A stretch of DNA of 64,000 bases from Octopus sinensis (lineage: Eukaryota), in the NCBI RefSeq assembly GCF_006345805.1, contig NC_043005.1:93434001-93498000 (forward strand), written 5' to 3'. Made by a program: the position numbers and the translations under genes. This document shows positions 29,489 through 44,269 of the stretch, piece by piece; position 1 is the first letter of the stretch, and every line of letters starts with the position of its first letter. The notes beneath the pieces are model-generated. The model saw nothing but the letters and a program-made list of their open reading frames with translations. It did not search any database and was not told where the DNA came from.

Positions 29489-29599
29489 GATCACGAATGG
29501 CCATAGGATTGCACCAAGAAAGTTCCCCACGGAGACAGAAGTCAAGTAAGGTTGTCTGTGGAAGACCGACAGTCGCCCATGCATATCACTTCCCAACCG

Positions 29600-31175
29600 A
29601 TTTTTCTACAGATACCAGAATGAAATTTAGTGAGTCCAAATGTGCCCTTTTTTTACACTAAAACACGGAAAAGTTGTGCCCTCCTCTGAAGACCTAAAAT
29701 TGAATGAGCTGACGATATGACCTCTACAGTCAGGTGACAATTATGTGTATCTTGGACAAGGTGAGAATGATGGATCTATAAAGAGAGGACTGGAAACGAA
29801 GACCTTGGGAGAGCAAAGAGAACATGGTCGTCAGAACTCTCAGCTTACAACAAACATGTTGCCCACAACACCTTTGCAGTGCCTGCCATCACACCTATGT
29901 TTGGCCTGTTGAGCTGGCCACTACAAGAACTCAATGAGATAGACGTTCGAACTCGCGGGCCGTTCAGTGTAAAGGAAACTTCAAAATCAATGGGGCTGTA
30001 GACAGGTTATGCTTCCCACACAAGGATGGTGGCCGTGCTCTCAAATCTGTATTGCTGACATATGTAATACAGATTGTGACACAAAATTGTTTGCAGCAGA
30101 AGAAAGAGACCAGTAACTATCTTGCCCAGATTTTTGACCATGAAACCAACAATATAATTAGGATAACAAATGAACTTGAGGATAGGTGTGAAATAAGAGC
30201 TGATACAGTTCTCTCCCCTAGAAGTATTATCAGGACAAAATTTTTTAAATGGATCAGGTCACTGAGAAGATTGTGCATGGGTATTTGGCACGAAAAACAC
30301 AGCAAAATAGAAGGCATTTATTATTTAACACACTCACCGGTAAAGTTACCACTCATTTACTTATTTATTTTTCCTAAAATTTTCGTTTCATCTTGCAACA
30401 ATTTCAATAGTCATTGCGTCCTGCAACCTTTTCAAGATTGTAAGACGCAACGAAAATTTTAGTAAAAATAAATAAATAAACGAGTGGAAACTTTACCGGT
30501 GAGTGTGTTAAATAATAAGACACTAAAAGAGAATGACTCTCCCGAAACACATGGAGTATCGACAAGTTTATGACATTCTACATTGAGGGCTACTTTCATG
30601 CAATTCAAAGACAAGAGATTCTCACCAAGTACCCACAGTATAAAGGGCAGAAAACGTTGACAGATAGCAAATGTAGGTTGTGCAAGATCAAGACTGAAGA
30701 GATTAACCACACCATTGCCAACTGCGAGAAGAATGTCTTCTAGCCATTATCTTCCCATGAGGCATGATGCGGTAGCCAGAACAGTCTTGAACAAGATAAC
30801 AAGAAAGAAGAACACCAGACGAAGCTGACCATATTGGGACCGGCTAGACATTGTTGTGTGGGACCACAAAAACAAATATGTTCTGTCATGGAAATCAGCT
30901 GCCCGCTGGACGCTAATGTTGTTAGAAAAACACAAGAGAAAGAGGACATCTATGGACCATTGATAAGGAGTTTGCAAATCCAGTACTCAAGATACACTTT
31001 CAGCTTCATACCTATAATTATTGGAGCAACAGGATACATACCGACCAGTCTGGAGCAGAGTATGGCTGAACTTGGGGAGAGAACGCAAATCCTTAACTCG
31101 TGTGCTACAAAAGATCACGATAAAGGAGGATGAACAAAACAAGAGACTTTCCTTCACAACCTTGCTTACCAAGGC
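29600..31175 (+). pseudogene. R4/Dong-like LINE remnant (RT end, CCHC, REL)
   Basis: WSSELSAYNKHVAHNTFAVP, CRLCKIKTEEINHTIANC and MEISCPLD...FSFIPIIIGATG. Interrupted by a palindromic insert at 30318-30518. Confidence 0.85.
30318..30518. repeat. Imperfect palindromic insert within the LINE
   Basis: TTATTATTTAACACACTCACCGGTAAAG...CTTTACCGGTGAGTGTGTTAAATAATAA; arms about 80 bp and diverged. Confidence 0.85.
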
Positions 31176-31998
31176 TGGTAGCCGGTCAAGATTTATATGC
31201 GCGCCTATATATGTCCGGGTCTATTCAGAAAGAGAAAAAGAACATTCGAAGATAGCATCCGATACATATTCGCAAATTCATACACAAACACTAACCAAAG
31301 CACAAAACACACAAGCACACTAACATAAATACATTTACATTCATACGCATACATATACACACGCTTACATACACGGATGTATAATCACACACACCCCTCC
31401 GCCACCTACTTAAGTAATCTGCTCTCGTGATTACACTCGAAGTGTTGGCCGGAAGTTCGTGTTTTGATTTCAGCGGGTCTCAGCCGACAGACAGAAGACA
31501 ACATCTAATCCGCTACGAAATGTGGGTGATTGTGAAGGGGGAGTCAGCGCTGAACAGGAAATTTAAATGAACAGGTGACAAAGCTTAAATACAAAGGAGC
31601 AAACCTGAACATTACTAGTCATGTTGGTAAAGGTGTTAAATTGGTGATGCTTTTTGTTCAGGGGATAATGAAAAGAAGATGGTGTGTGTGTTGGGGGAGA
31701 GGGGAAGGTTTCAATATTCGCTTAAATACAAGATTTATATACATGAATAGGTGTGTACATGTCTGAGGTCTTGACTGCTATAATAATAAGAATCCTTTCT
31801 ATTATAGGCACAAGGCCTGAAATTTTTGAGGGGAGGGGACAAGTCGATTACATCGACCCCCCGAGTTTCACTGGTACTTAATTTATCGATCCCGAAAGGA
31901 TGAAAGGCAAGGTCGACTTCGGCGGAATTTGAACTCAGAATGTAAAGACGGACGAAATGCCGCTAAGCATTTTACCCGGCGCGCTAACGATTCGGTCA

Positions 31999-32051
<53 letters not shown>

Positions 32052-32672
32052 TAGGACGCAACTGGCATTTAATTTATCGACCCCGAAAGGGTGAAAGACA
32101 AAGTCGACCTCGGCTTGTTTTAATGAACTGCCAATCTATACAGTACGTTTCCCTGCCCGAGGTGCCAGGAAGGCACTCGGCAAGAAATGGAAACAGAACT
32201 GAAAGAAGATGTTAATGAAAATAATAATGATGATAATAATCCTTTCTATTATAAGCACAAGGCCTGAAATTTGTGGAGAGGGGTCTAGTCGATTACATCG
32301 AGCCAAATGTTTGACAGGTGCTTATTTTATCGACCCCGAAAGGATGAAAGGCAAAGTCGACCCCGGCGAAATTTGAACTCAGAACGTAAAGACAGACGAA
32401 ATGCCGCTAAGCATTATGTCTGACGCACTAATGATCCTGCCAGCTGACTGCCTTAAGATGTCTTATTTAGTGGTAGATAGTTGTTAGCGTCTGATGGGAG
32501 CATTCGTCATATGGACGGATTCTTTTTGTCATGACGGCTTTCTAACAACCCTCTTCACGATAATAATGTAGGGTTGCCAGTTTCACCGCCGACGACCCGA
32601 CCATGCAACAGATTGCATTCAGCCTTGTGTTACTTGTAGCGCTCGCGAGCGACCTAACATACATACATACAT

Positions 32673-32705
<33 letters not shown>

Positions 32706-32718
32706 TATACATACTAAC

Positions 32719-32774
<56 letters not shown>

Positions 32775-32979
32775 CTCAATCTTGAGAAGCTAGACTTCAC
32801 AAAACCGGAAAAAACACTTAATCAGATTAGACAGAAGCTACAGTCAAAACATTGGAAAACATTCAAAAAGTAATTCAGCATAGAATAAGATCATACATGT
32901 ACGGGCCCATGTGCATGTGCACATACACATATATCAATACATAGATGTATATATACATACACATGTATGTAAATGCAGG

Positions 32980-33031
<52 letters not shown>

Positions 33032-33179
33032 AGAATACACTTCCTCGTTACTGGGGGCACACAAAAGAATTAGCATATGCGGGACGAGTGTTTTCATTGC
33101 AAGCACATAACTTACAGTGCTTGTAGTCTATGCAAAACGTCGCTTTCTTTTTTATTTTCGCTAATATCAATCTCATATT

Positions 33180-33815
33180 CCTGTGGAATACATCACACAT
33201 GTGATTAGCGGCTGCTCAAAAATGTCAAATACATCAAGGTACTACCTGCCTATGCGATATGACGTTATCGCAAAAACAATATACAATGCCATTCGGAAAA
33301 AGGACTGCCCTGGAATAAATATAGAGAATCCCTCTGTTGTTGAAAGCGTACACAAATACCAGCACAAGGAATACTGGTGGAACATACCCATTAAAACAGT
33401 TGTCAAGTGTAAGCATAACAGCCCGGATATTGTTATTTGGAACAGACAAAAAAAAGTACTTACCGTTTAGAGGTCAGCTGTCCTGCTGATGTGAACTTCT
33501 CTTCGAAAACCAAAGAGAAAGACGATAACTGCTTCGAAACCTTCAGCTTGTTTATCCAGATTACAAATTTATATCAATAATATTTGGAGCACTTGGTTTT
33601 GTAATTACTGTAAGTCTGGATAAGGTTGGATTTTCAGAAAAAGAAACCAACCAACTGATTCGCACATTAAAAATACAATCTATAAGCGGGACAGTAAAAT
33701 TATGCAAGACTTTTCTCAGATTTAAATGTGACATTGTTTTCGTTATCTCCATTCCAACGATGGAGCTTTGTTAGAAACCAGCTCCTTCTTCAGAGGAAGA
33801 TTTTAAATGATTAAA
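33180..33815 (+). pseudogene. R4/Dong-like LINE 3' end
   Basis: EYITHVISGCSKM..YYLPMRYD and KHNSPDIVIWNR..EVSCPAD; ends in (ATAC)n. Confidence 0.85.
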
Positions 33816-34303
33816 TACATACATATACACACGTACAAGCATACACATAAACACACATATCACATTCTTACTCTTTGTCAAATCTTGAAGAATATAAAAA
33901 CCTTACACGCACGTTGGAATCGAACCTGTTTTGTATCAACACGAGATGCCTAATTTACTATTCTCTGTCGAAATCTATAGAATCTTTTAAAGATCAAACT
34001 GTTGCCTATAGAGTGATCCTCCGACCCACCGTTCTACCGACCTACCTGCCAATATACGGATATAAAAATACACAATACCTACATCCACCTATCCTTACAC
34101 ACCCATATAATCTTGGAATGTGTGTGTGAGTAGGTGTGTATGTGTATACATATATTCACAGAGAGAGAGAGAGAAAGAGGAAGGTGACAGTCAGACAGAT
34201 GCATACATTGTGTTCATCATAAAATAAATACTATATCGATGTTCGTTTCTAGAAAACAATGTCTTCTTTCGCACACAACACATGCAGTCTCGACTGTACA
34301 TCT

Positions 34304-34363
<60 letters not shown>

Positions 34364-35398
34364 AATACAAATACATAAAGCAATCACGTGTCTGCGTTAG
34401 CGTCTCACAGATAGAACTGGCACGCACTTACAGCCATAGACAAAATATGATGAGTACAGAGAGACACGAGGATTTATTGAAATTCTTTCTCCACCACTCT
34501 CTTTCTCTCCCTCTCCCACCTCTAAGTCTCTCTCATTCACGCGCGCGCGCTCTGATCAACTGAAAAGAGAACGTGACACGCAAGAATTACGGACACAAAG
34601 CAAGAACTCCGCACGAACTCGGAACCAAGTTTTACTTAACGCAGTCAAATCCGGATGAAACTATCTTAATGTCATATAAATGAATATGTATAAGAGATGG
34701 GGGTGCATGTGTGTGTGTGTGTGTCTGTGTACATGTGTGTCTGTGTGTTTGTGTAAGCTAGCAACATGTGTGTGTGTGTATATGAGCGTATGTACGACAC
34801 TGTCCGCACGTGTATGTTTTTTGTCAAAGACCAAATAAAAATCTCTTCGATTCACGCAAAGGTCGTAATGTCATGTTTTTTTTCCTTTTAATTGTTTTTC
34901 TCTTCTTTTTCAAGTTTAATAAATATGCATCCAGGTAACTTTACTTCATTGAATCTTAGCAGAGGCTATAAGCCTCTCCCCACTTTCATTATCATTTATG
35001 ATTGGTTTTCTATTCCTCTTCAAAGTAAAGACATTTTTCTATAAATTCCACATTTTCTACACTATATTGTAGAAAACCAAATATAGGGATTTGGCCGACG
35101 AGGCCCTTGCCAATGGATAGTATGCCACCCCGTTCCTTATTGAGGTCGGCTACCGCAGCTTTCCATCCGGATCGATGTGCTATTTCCAACAGAAGACTGA
35201 TCTGGGACTCAAGCAACTGAAGAACGCCACCAAGAAGATAGCCATGAGCTCTGAATAAGTACCAGACCTAAGATCTGGGGTCGATTTGTTTGATCAGTTC
35301 AACAACGAGGTGTTCCTACATAACCATTGAGCAGTGACTGAAACAAATAAAAAAATTATTAGACACACACACACACACACACACACAACACGCACACA

Positions 35399-35481
<83 letters not shown>

Positions 35482-35519
35482 AATATATTTCCCATACCAT
35501 AAACCCTCAACTAATTTAA

Positions 35520-36955
35520 ATTATATTAGCTCTTTCATTAATATCTCTAAGGCTATTACAAGGAATTTAGTCAGGAATATTTCATTTAGACTTTCTAGAT
35601 TATCTGCTAATGTTGATGTCTTCAACTTAAAGCTAAATTTTATAACTCTGCCTTACTTAAAGCAGGTTTTAAAGAAAAATATTACCTATATTAACCCTAT
35701 TGACATTAATTCTACCTCTATTAATCAGGACATGAAATCAAGTCATAACGATATTGACAATATAAATTTTAGTTCGAATAACAACACCAAATCGATTAAT
35801 GTAATTCTACAGCGTAAGGGAGATAACCGTTATTTAAGACCCTTTTTTCGTTATAAAGTGCATCGAGGACTTTTAAAAATAATTACCCTAATAACAAGGT
35901 ATGTCCTAGCAAAACTGTTCAGTTAATAATTCCACATGGTAAGCAGATCAAATCCAGCCTCTTACCAGTTTCGTGAAGCTATAGAAAAGAATTTCCCATG
36001 AAATTCAAGATACTATTCGATTATTAATTCACACCAAATCAGGATAGGATTTTCTAACTCAAAAAATCTTTCGCAAATCATCTCTTCGCGTAAAAAGTTG
36101 TTAAATACAAATCCACTTAATGAAAATAGTAACATTGATTTTGTTAACACTAACCGTTCTTTAAATAATAATAGCTGTGGTGTTAGTGTTTCTGATGTTT
36201 ATTCCAATCGCATTCGTTTCCATGGCAGTAATTCTAAGACTAGAAACTCTCTTCATCAATGTAAAAGTACTTCCGGTTCTGACCGTATTTTTTTATATAG
36301 GTAGTTCTTCATCTCAGTTGTCCAAAAGAATATCTAATCAGACATATCAATAAACCTAACAATACTGGGCTTAGTAAATTAATTTGGTATCTAAAGGATC
36401 ATAATAAACAATTTCATTTGGAATAGAATATTCTATCTATTTCATTTCCGTATGATAAAGGTAAATCTTTTTGTCCGCTTTATAACAAAGAAATGTATTT
36501 CATCCTGTTCTCAAAGAATCCTCTTGTAAACATACCTCTACTTCCTATTAGTGATTTCTACCATTCTATAAAATTCGACTTCGTCTTCTTGCATTGCACT
36601 TCTAAATATATCTACTTCCAAGCCTATAAGCTTTTTCTAATTCACCTATCGCTCTATAACTCTCCACTATTAGTTTTCTGCTAATTTCTTTCTTTCTCCT
36701 CCTTCTCTTTTTATAAACTACCTTTGACATTATATCTTCTAATGTTTATTTAAAAAAAGCAACTTGCTAGCGTTCCCTTCATCAAATACGCAGTCATCAC
36801 CTTCTGTTAAATGTCTCATTGATGCGTTTGGTTTCTTTTTTTCCCAGATGAGAAGACTGCATTGCTTTACACTATTTTATTCCTTTTTGAATAACACCAA
36901 TGTTTTCTTCGAAAACAGAAGTATAAAGACTTGAATAACATCTGCGTTTAACTCC

Positions 36956-36960
<5 letters not shown>
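35520..36960 (+). pseudogene. Penelope-like element 3' remnant (GIY-YIG region)
   Basis: IINSHQIRIGFSNSKNLSQII and NTGLSKLIWYLKD..F.LE*NIL....YDKGKSFCPLYNKE resemble the PLE linker and GIY-YIG C-terminus. Decayed hammerhead-like CAGATGA-GAAG..CTTC-GAAA at ~36845-36915. Confidence 0.65.
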
Positions 36961-36987
<27 letters not shown>

Positions 36988-37132
36988 ATACTTTGGGTAT
37001 GGTAGATGAGTTCAGCAAAAATTTTAATTTGGTACTTAAGTTGAGGCACCAGAATTTAGTACGGTATTATCCACACAATTTCAAAGTAAGGTGATTAAAA
37101 TCAAAATAAGCAACATGGATATCCAGAGGTAA

Positions 37133-37219
37133 TGCACTACGATCGTTTCATGCAACTCCATTTAATTGAACAATGCAATGATTACATCAATTTAAAATAT
37201 AGAGCAATCTTCAGCTGCA
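37133..37219 (-). ncRNA. Type-I hammerhead ribozyme motif
   Basis: UGCAG-CUGAAGA-UUGCUCUAU...AUGGAGUUGCAU-GAAA-CGAUCG-UA-GUGCA. Palindromic CGAUCG stem III; one G.G mismatch closing stem I. Confidence 0.65.
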
Positions 37220-37292
37220 CAAAGACATAGAATTTAATTAAATTAGAACAGATGGACACATTAGTATAATTATACCTGAAATCTTCAAGAAT

Positions 37293-37350
<58 letters not shown>

Positions 37351-37733
37351 TATATATTATATATATATATATATATGAACTAAACTGGCATTCCGTCGGT
37401 TACGATGAGGAGAGTAACAAGTGATCTGATCAACAGAACAGCCTGCTTGTGATACTAACGTGCAAGTGGCTGAGCACTCCACAGACACGTGTACTTTTAA
37501 CGTGGTTCCCAGGGAGATTCAGCGTGAGACAAGATGAGACAAGGCTGACCCTTTGAAATACGGACACAGCTCATTTTTGCCAGCTGAGACAAGTGGAGCA
37601 ACGTGAAATAAAGTGCCATGCTCAAGGACACCACGAGTCTCTGGGAACTGAACTCACGACTTTACGATCGTGAGCCGAATACCCTTGCCACTAAGCCACG
37701 CGCCTTCACTATATCTATACACTCATGTGTGTT

Positions 37734-37795
<62 letters not shown>

Positions 37796-37861
37796 TTGTG
37801 TGTGTTTGTGTGTGTGTGTGGTGTGTGTGTTTGTTTGTTTGTGTGTGTGTGTGTGTTTGTT

Positions 37862-37896
<35 letters not shown>

Positions 37897-39213
37897 CTAT
37901 TCGTACATAAAAAAAAACATTAAACAATCTCTGTAAGCAATTTTTTATTGAATAAATTTAAATTTATCAAATGAAAACAAACATTTAAATAACATTTAAA
38001 GTGAATTTTAATGAATACTATTTTTAAAAAATGGCGTTTCTTCACAGTCCTTTACCTTTTGCTTGGACATTACACAACACTGAATAAATCAAGACATTTT
38101 TACGGTACACTAAATATGGTAAAAAGTTTTCAGACCAGTGAAGATATCCCGTGTTGAATAGATGTAAGTATATTTTAATGTTAAACTTTCTAGCAGCAGA
38201 ACTCGGCGTAGCCAGGGTTTATAAGCAGAATCAGTCACATAGGCCTTGTGCAAAATTTCATATATCTAAATGCACAACAGTAACCCATTAATTAGATCAC
38301 GCATATGTACATAAGTTCGATGTGTGTGTGTGTGTGTGTAACATATAAATTATGTGGAACAACTACATACGCGCGCGCGCAACGTACCCTACGAACATAC
38401 ATATAAAAATTTTATGTGTGAATAGGCCCACACTAAGTAAAATTTTATTTGATCTCAGCCGCTCTTTGTCTTCCCCTACTGTTATCTTTGACTGTCTCAC
38501 CACTCTTTCATCTCTATCTGTCTATCTATCTATCTATCTATAGTGATTTTTTCTCGCACTTTCTGACGTCAACAATAATTCAGCCAATCCTGAGCCAGAC
38601 TCATTCACACTCAAGCATTCGGTTTGTGCAATCAATAACTATCAAAATTATCATTTTCAAACAATCAAACAAAAATACGCGAAAATGAAGAATATATTCC
38701 AACATTTTTCTGGTTAGATCCACATGGATAATAACTTTATATGTATATATATATATAATAAATTTCTGCTGAAACAAAGTGCTCAAACTTTTTTAATTTG
38801 AAGCCAGTTCAGACGGTAAAGAGTCGGAATAAAGACTGTAAAACATTTTGTCCGACTCTCTAACGATGATGCCAGTCTACCGCCTTCGTCTTGATGATGA
38901 TGATGATGATAATAATAATAATGGGGCTCAATCAATTACATTGGCGCCAGTGCTCAACCGTTACTTATTCACCTATCGGAAGGATAATACGTAAAGTTGA
39001 TCACGGCAGTATTTGAACTATGAATGTGTAAGAAGCCAGAATAAACGCTACTAAGCATTTTGACCAACGCGCAAACGATTTTACCAACTCACCACCTTCC
39101 TAATAATAACAACAACAACAACAACAATAACAATAACAATAACAATAACAATAATAATAATAATAATAAATAATAAATAATAAATAATAATAATAATAAT
39201 ATTAATAATAATA

Positions 39214-39287
<74 letters not shown>

Positions 39288-39319
39288 AATAATAATAATA
39301 ATAATAATAATGGGTTGTC

Positions 39320-40445
39320 TATCGTAAAGCATACGATATGATACCACACTCCTGGATAATAAGAACAATAGAAATGTATGGATTAGTAGAAAATATGAGA
39401 AGCCTTATACGGAATAGCATGAAATGCTGGAGAACGGAAGTGACAGCTGGGAGTCAAATATTCGGAAAGCTATCTTCCAGGGAAACAGTGTGTTCCCACT
39501 GATCTTCGTGCTGGGAATGATCCTCTTGAGTGAAATACTACAGAAAACAAAATTGGGGTATAATCTGGGAAGAGGTAAGGGAAAACTAAACCACTTGAAG
39601 CTACTCACAAAAACTGAGGTAGAACTGGACAGCCTAGTCAAGTCTTTGCAGATTTTCTCCAATGATATTAAGATGGAGTTTGGACTTTCAAAATGTGCAA
39701 TGATGGCGATGAGACGAGGGATGCTTTTCAGAACAGAAGGCATATGGTTGCCAAGTGGTGGAAATATGAAGGAAATTCAACCTCAGTCCAGCTACAAATA
39801 CCTGGGAATACTTGAGACAAATGGAATCAAGAAAGACAAAAAGAGAGTGCCTGCGGTGAGTGAGAAAAGCATTGGCTTCAAAGCTAAATACCAGAAACAT
39901 AATTTCGGCAATAAACTCGGGTGCAGTCACAGCAGTTCGGTATGGCACTGGAATCCTGAAGTGAACCGAGGAGGAACTAAAAGAGATGGCAGAGGAAGTC
40001 AACAAAAGCTTCTGCATCATCCACGTGCGGACATTGAGGAAGGGGACTGATAAGTGTGGAAGACTACGTGCGTATCGAACTGGAAAGCTTAATGAGATAT
40101 CCAGCATAAAATAAGGAAACCTTTCTAGAATCAGTTAGGAACGAGGGAGTACTGAGAGCAGAGAAAAAACGGGAAAACAAAGGAAGAAGTACAAAAAGGA
40201 CATGAAGAATTACACAATAATGGACTACACAATCAGTTCGATGAACCCACAACAGAAGTTGCTGGAAAACATAGGTGGGATTGGCTGAATAAAGGAACAT
40301 TAAAAAAAAGAGACCGAGAGCACTATACTGGCAAGACTAAGCTTTGGTCACGAAGTGGAGGGTCAACCTTAGGAATGAGCAAGTGTCTCCGCTGTGCCGC
40401 ATCTGCAATGAAGTGGATGAATCCATTTCCCATATCACGACGAAT
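39320..40445 (+). pseudogene. R4/Dong-like LINE remnant after (AAT/GAT)n
   Basis: KAYDMIPHSWI, AIFQGNSVFPLIF, FSNDIKMEFGLSKC, YKYLGILE and CRICNEVDESISHI. Confidence 0.87.
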
Positions 40446-40842
40446 TTATATGAAAACCAAATACTTTGATAAAAGTTAGAAAATCTTTGAAACTGTTAAC
40501 TGAAATATTTTAATCCAAGGATTTAATTTCCAATTTATCAACTTCGATTGTTTTTCTAAAAAAAAAACATTCATGCTATCATGTTGAGATTGACATTGAA
40601 GTAAATATTTCGTTCCGATAATAAATCTATAATTATTTTCATATTTTATCCAAGACAAGTCTTTATCTGAACAGTTGGGATTCGTCAAGGGGATTTAGAT
40701 ATATTTATCGATCTGTGGATTTCCAGTCATTATCTGATAAGACTAATTGAAATTGTTGATTTTCTTTTTTCGCGTTTAGTTTTGTTTATTTGAATAAAAT
40801 CACAGTGAAAGACCGGGGAAGAGTGAGAATAACATGGATGTA

Positions 40843-40930
<88 letters not shown>

Positions 40931-41524
40931 TGTGCATGCATATTAATCGTTTTGGCTTTGACACTGAACTAAGTCTGCTGGACAAAATTGCTACATATTA
41001 AGAATGAGGACAAATTAAGTGACCAGGTGTTGGTGACAGTTAACGACGACGACGATTCTTTTATTAGCCAAGACGAAGAGTAATTTTGAATGATATGAGG
41101 AGGAAATATTTAAACGAATGAATTTCAGACAGTGAACTTTTCAAACAAGAAATAGTTACAAACGATCGTTAATGTAGGAAAACTGTTTTAGTTTTTATAT
41201 TTTTAATTTTCAGAAAGCAGAGCTGTCATTGAGAATTATTGATCTAATTGAGAATCACCGAGAAATATTGATTTATTTAAATGTTTAAGAGAGAGTGTAT
41301 GGTGTTTGCATGCTCGGTTTGTTAGAAATAGCAGCTAAATCTACCTAAAATCACTTCCACACTAGTACTTCACTGCTACATTATTTTATCGACCCCAGAG
41401 ACGAAAAGCAAAGTTGACCTCGGCAGGTTTTGAACTCAAAACGTAAAGAGTTGGAAGAAATACCACAAGGTATTCGGTCCTATTCTGGAACGACCCTTCA
41501 ATCCACTATCCAAATAATAAGCGT

Positions 41525-42060
41525 CAGGCAGTGGCTCTCATGGTTTCTGATCTTAACTGATTGGAAGTGTTATCATGTACATTGTCTTGTCTTGGTATAA
41601 AAGATTGTCTACAGCAAATATTCTGCTCAATACCACAGAATTGCTTATCAGTTGTTTGGCCTTAACCAGTTGAGTATGAGCCTTAGTGGCTGACGATATG
41701 TGCATCTCTGATCACGAGCAGAAGTAGTGGGGAGCATCATAGCCATGTGTTGAGAGGGATTCTTTGGGATTTGAATAATTCAACTCTGGAAACATGGGTG
41801 TTTCGTTCAACATCCTTAAACAGTCCTTTCTCAGGGACCTTTTGAGCGGGATGGGACACTCAACCTGAAGAAGATTCTAACTGGGCCCCACCTGTAAGGT
41901 CATGCGCTGTTTATCTTGAAAGTCACCATGTCGCACACATATGGTTGTGACGCATGTGCCTAGTGTACCCTTATCAGACGGGTGTTCATGATGGGTATAT
42001 TGGGTTTCGTATATTTTACTCCAGTATCACTTTGGTGACATGCGCTGCTCCCTCATTCAA
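41525..42060 (+). repeat. ~540 bp retroposon-like repeat with (AAT)n tail
   Basis: Non-coding block of higher GC ending directly in (AAT)n; family not identified. Confidence 0.4.
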
Positions 42061-42148
42061 TAATAATAATAATAATAAATAATAAATAATAAATAATAAA
42101 TAATAAATAATAAATAATAATAACAATAACAATAACAATAACAATAAC

Positions 42149-42194
<46 letters not shown>

Positions 42195-42470
42195 GCTACC
42201 TAACTCAGATACGAGGAAACCCCAAAATGGCAAAAATTCAAAAGATAGTGCTCATGGGAACTGCTCATATCCTACGCAAAATACTTTCTATGTAATCTCA
42301 ATGTTTAAAACAAACATTTTTTTTTAGACATCTACCAGTACAACACAAAAAACAACCAAATATATGGCACACTAGGCATAACAACAACGTGAACTTCCAA
42401 CCTGTTGTCTCTTGAGGTCTCCGGGTGAGACTTGGAGCCAACTTGTACAAATATAAAGCAAAAGTCAAAC

Positions 42471-42475
<5 letters not shown>
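42195..42475 (+). pseudogene. Extreme 3' end of an R4/Dong LINE in (AAT)n
   Basis: KIQKIVLMGTAHILRKILSM* is homologous to EVQKIVLTGTAHVLRRALSL* at ~3600-3660; flanked by (AAT)n on both sides. Confidence 0.85.
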
Positions 42476-42536
<61 letters not shown>

Positions 42537-42746
42537 CCTTTCTATTATAGGCACAAGGCCTGAAACTTGGGGGAAGGGGACAAGTCGACTAGACTGACCT
42601 GCTGGTACTTAATTTATCGACCCGAAAGGATGAATGGCGAAGTCGACCTCAACGGAATTTGAACTCAGAACGTAGAGCCGGGCGAAATACCGCAAAGCAT
42701 TTTGCCCGGCGTGCTAACGATACTGCCAGCTCACCGCCTTCAAAAT

Positions 42747-42778
<32 letters not shown>

Positions 42779-42941
42779 CGACGACGATGATAAGGACAAC
42801 AACACCGAGACGCTGTATCAAAAACCAAACAGATATGAACAAATTCTGACTTCCAGATATTATAAGTTAGGCGTACGCCTTATCTTTAAGATAGCCGGCT
42901 TGCTATCTGTAAGATAGCAAATTTGGCATTGAAATTGCTGC

Positions 42942-43050
<109 letters not shown>

Positions 43051-43303
43051 ATATATATATATATTATATATATATATAGGTTATAAGAGATAATGGTGTC
43101 ATTGAGACCCAAATGCTGAATAAAGGGTTCGACGTTGGTTCTATGTCAGCGCGTGTATATAAGAATTTTTTGCGTAATAAGATAAAAAAAAACCAAAGCT
43201 GTACAGTTATTAGAGCATATCTATACAGCTTTGCTTTTTTATCTTATTACGCAAAAAATTCTTATATATATATAGGGTCGTTGTTTATTTATAATACATT
43301 CAG

Positions 43304-43347
43304 GCCTGCTGATGATTACGTAAGTATGAAATCACTGTGATACAGGT
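43304..43347 (+). ncRNA. Compact type-I hammerhead ribozyme motif
   Basis: GCCUG-CUGAUGA-UUAC[GUAA]GUAU-GAAA-UCAC-U-GUGA-UA-CAGGU. Stem I has 5 bp, stem II is GNRA-capped with a U.U first pair, and stem III is near-palindromic. Confidence 0.75.
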
Positions 43348-43501
43348 CTATATTTTTAAATGTCTTACTTTGAAAAATTGCATTCGGTGGGATTAGTAAT
43401 ATTTTTGGTAGAAATGACTGATTGTCCCTCTTAGCGTTTGGCATGTATGTATAATGCCTTCTGGCATGTATGTATAATGCCCTCTATATAAATATATATA
43501 T

Positions 43502-43606
<105 letters not shown>

Positions 43607-44166
43607 TGTAAATATATATTTGGCGAGAGAAACAGAAAGACGGACAAAATATATGTATATACCTGGGTGTATGTATGTATGTATGTATGTATGTATCAAT
43701 GTACCCATGTGCAAACATGCACATTGCTATGTATATTACAAGAAACTCTGCAGCGGTTATCAAATTCTTTCTGACATTTAAGTCCTTCAGCAAGAGTAGC
43801 TGTGTATACCGTAGCAACATCTGATTAGGTGACTTGTTAACTGAGCTTTGACCATAATTCTTATATACCGATATGTTATCTATAAGAGTCGGTGTGACTG
43901 GCAGCCAGAAATACAGAGAAGAAAGGAAGGCGGGAAGTAAAGAGAGCGAGAGAGGGAGATAGGGAGGGAGGGAGAGAGAGAGAGAAATTGTTTGTATTTA
44001 TAAGAATAGAACACCCACAAGCAGACAATCAGACCGAAGAGCAACAACATACACACAGGGTGATTCAGAAATCTCCTTAGTATTTTTAAGATAGGCAAAA
44101 TGTTTATTGTTTATTTTGCTGCTATTTTGTAGTGAATGTAGGTGTGTGTCTATGTGTTTATATATA

Positions 44167-44203
<37 letters not shown>

Positions 44204-44269
44204 GCGTAGTGCATGTATATATATATATGTGTGTACATATTACATGTACATTTATATATATACATCTAC

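Noticed and set aside
33760-33795. CUGAAGA followed by a GGAGCU/AGCUCC hairpin (minus strand)
   Set aside because: No GAAA follows the stem; better explained as a LINE 3' UTR hairpin.
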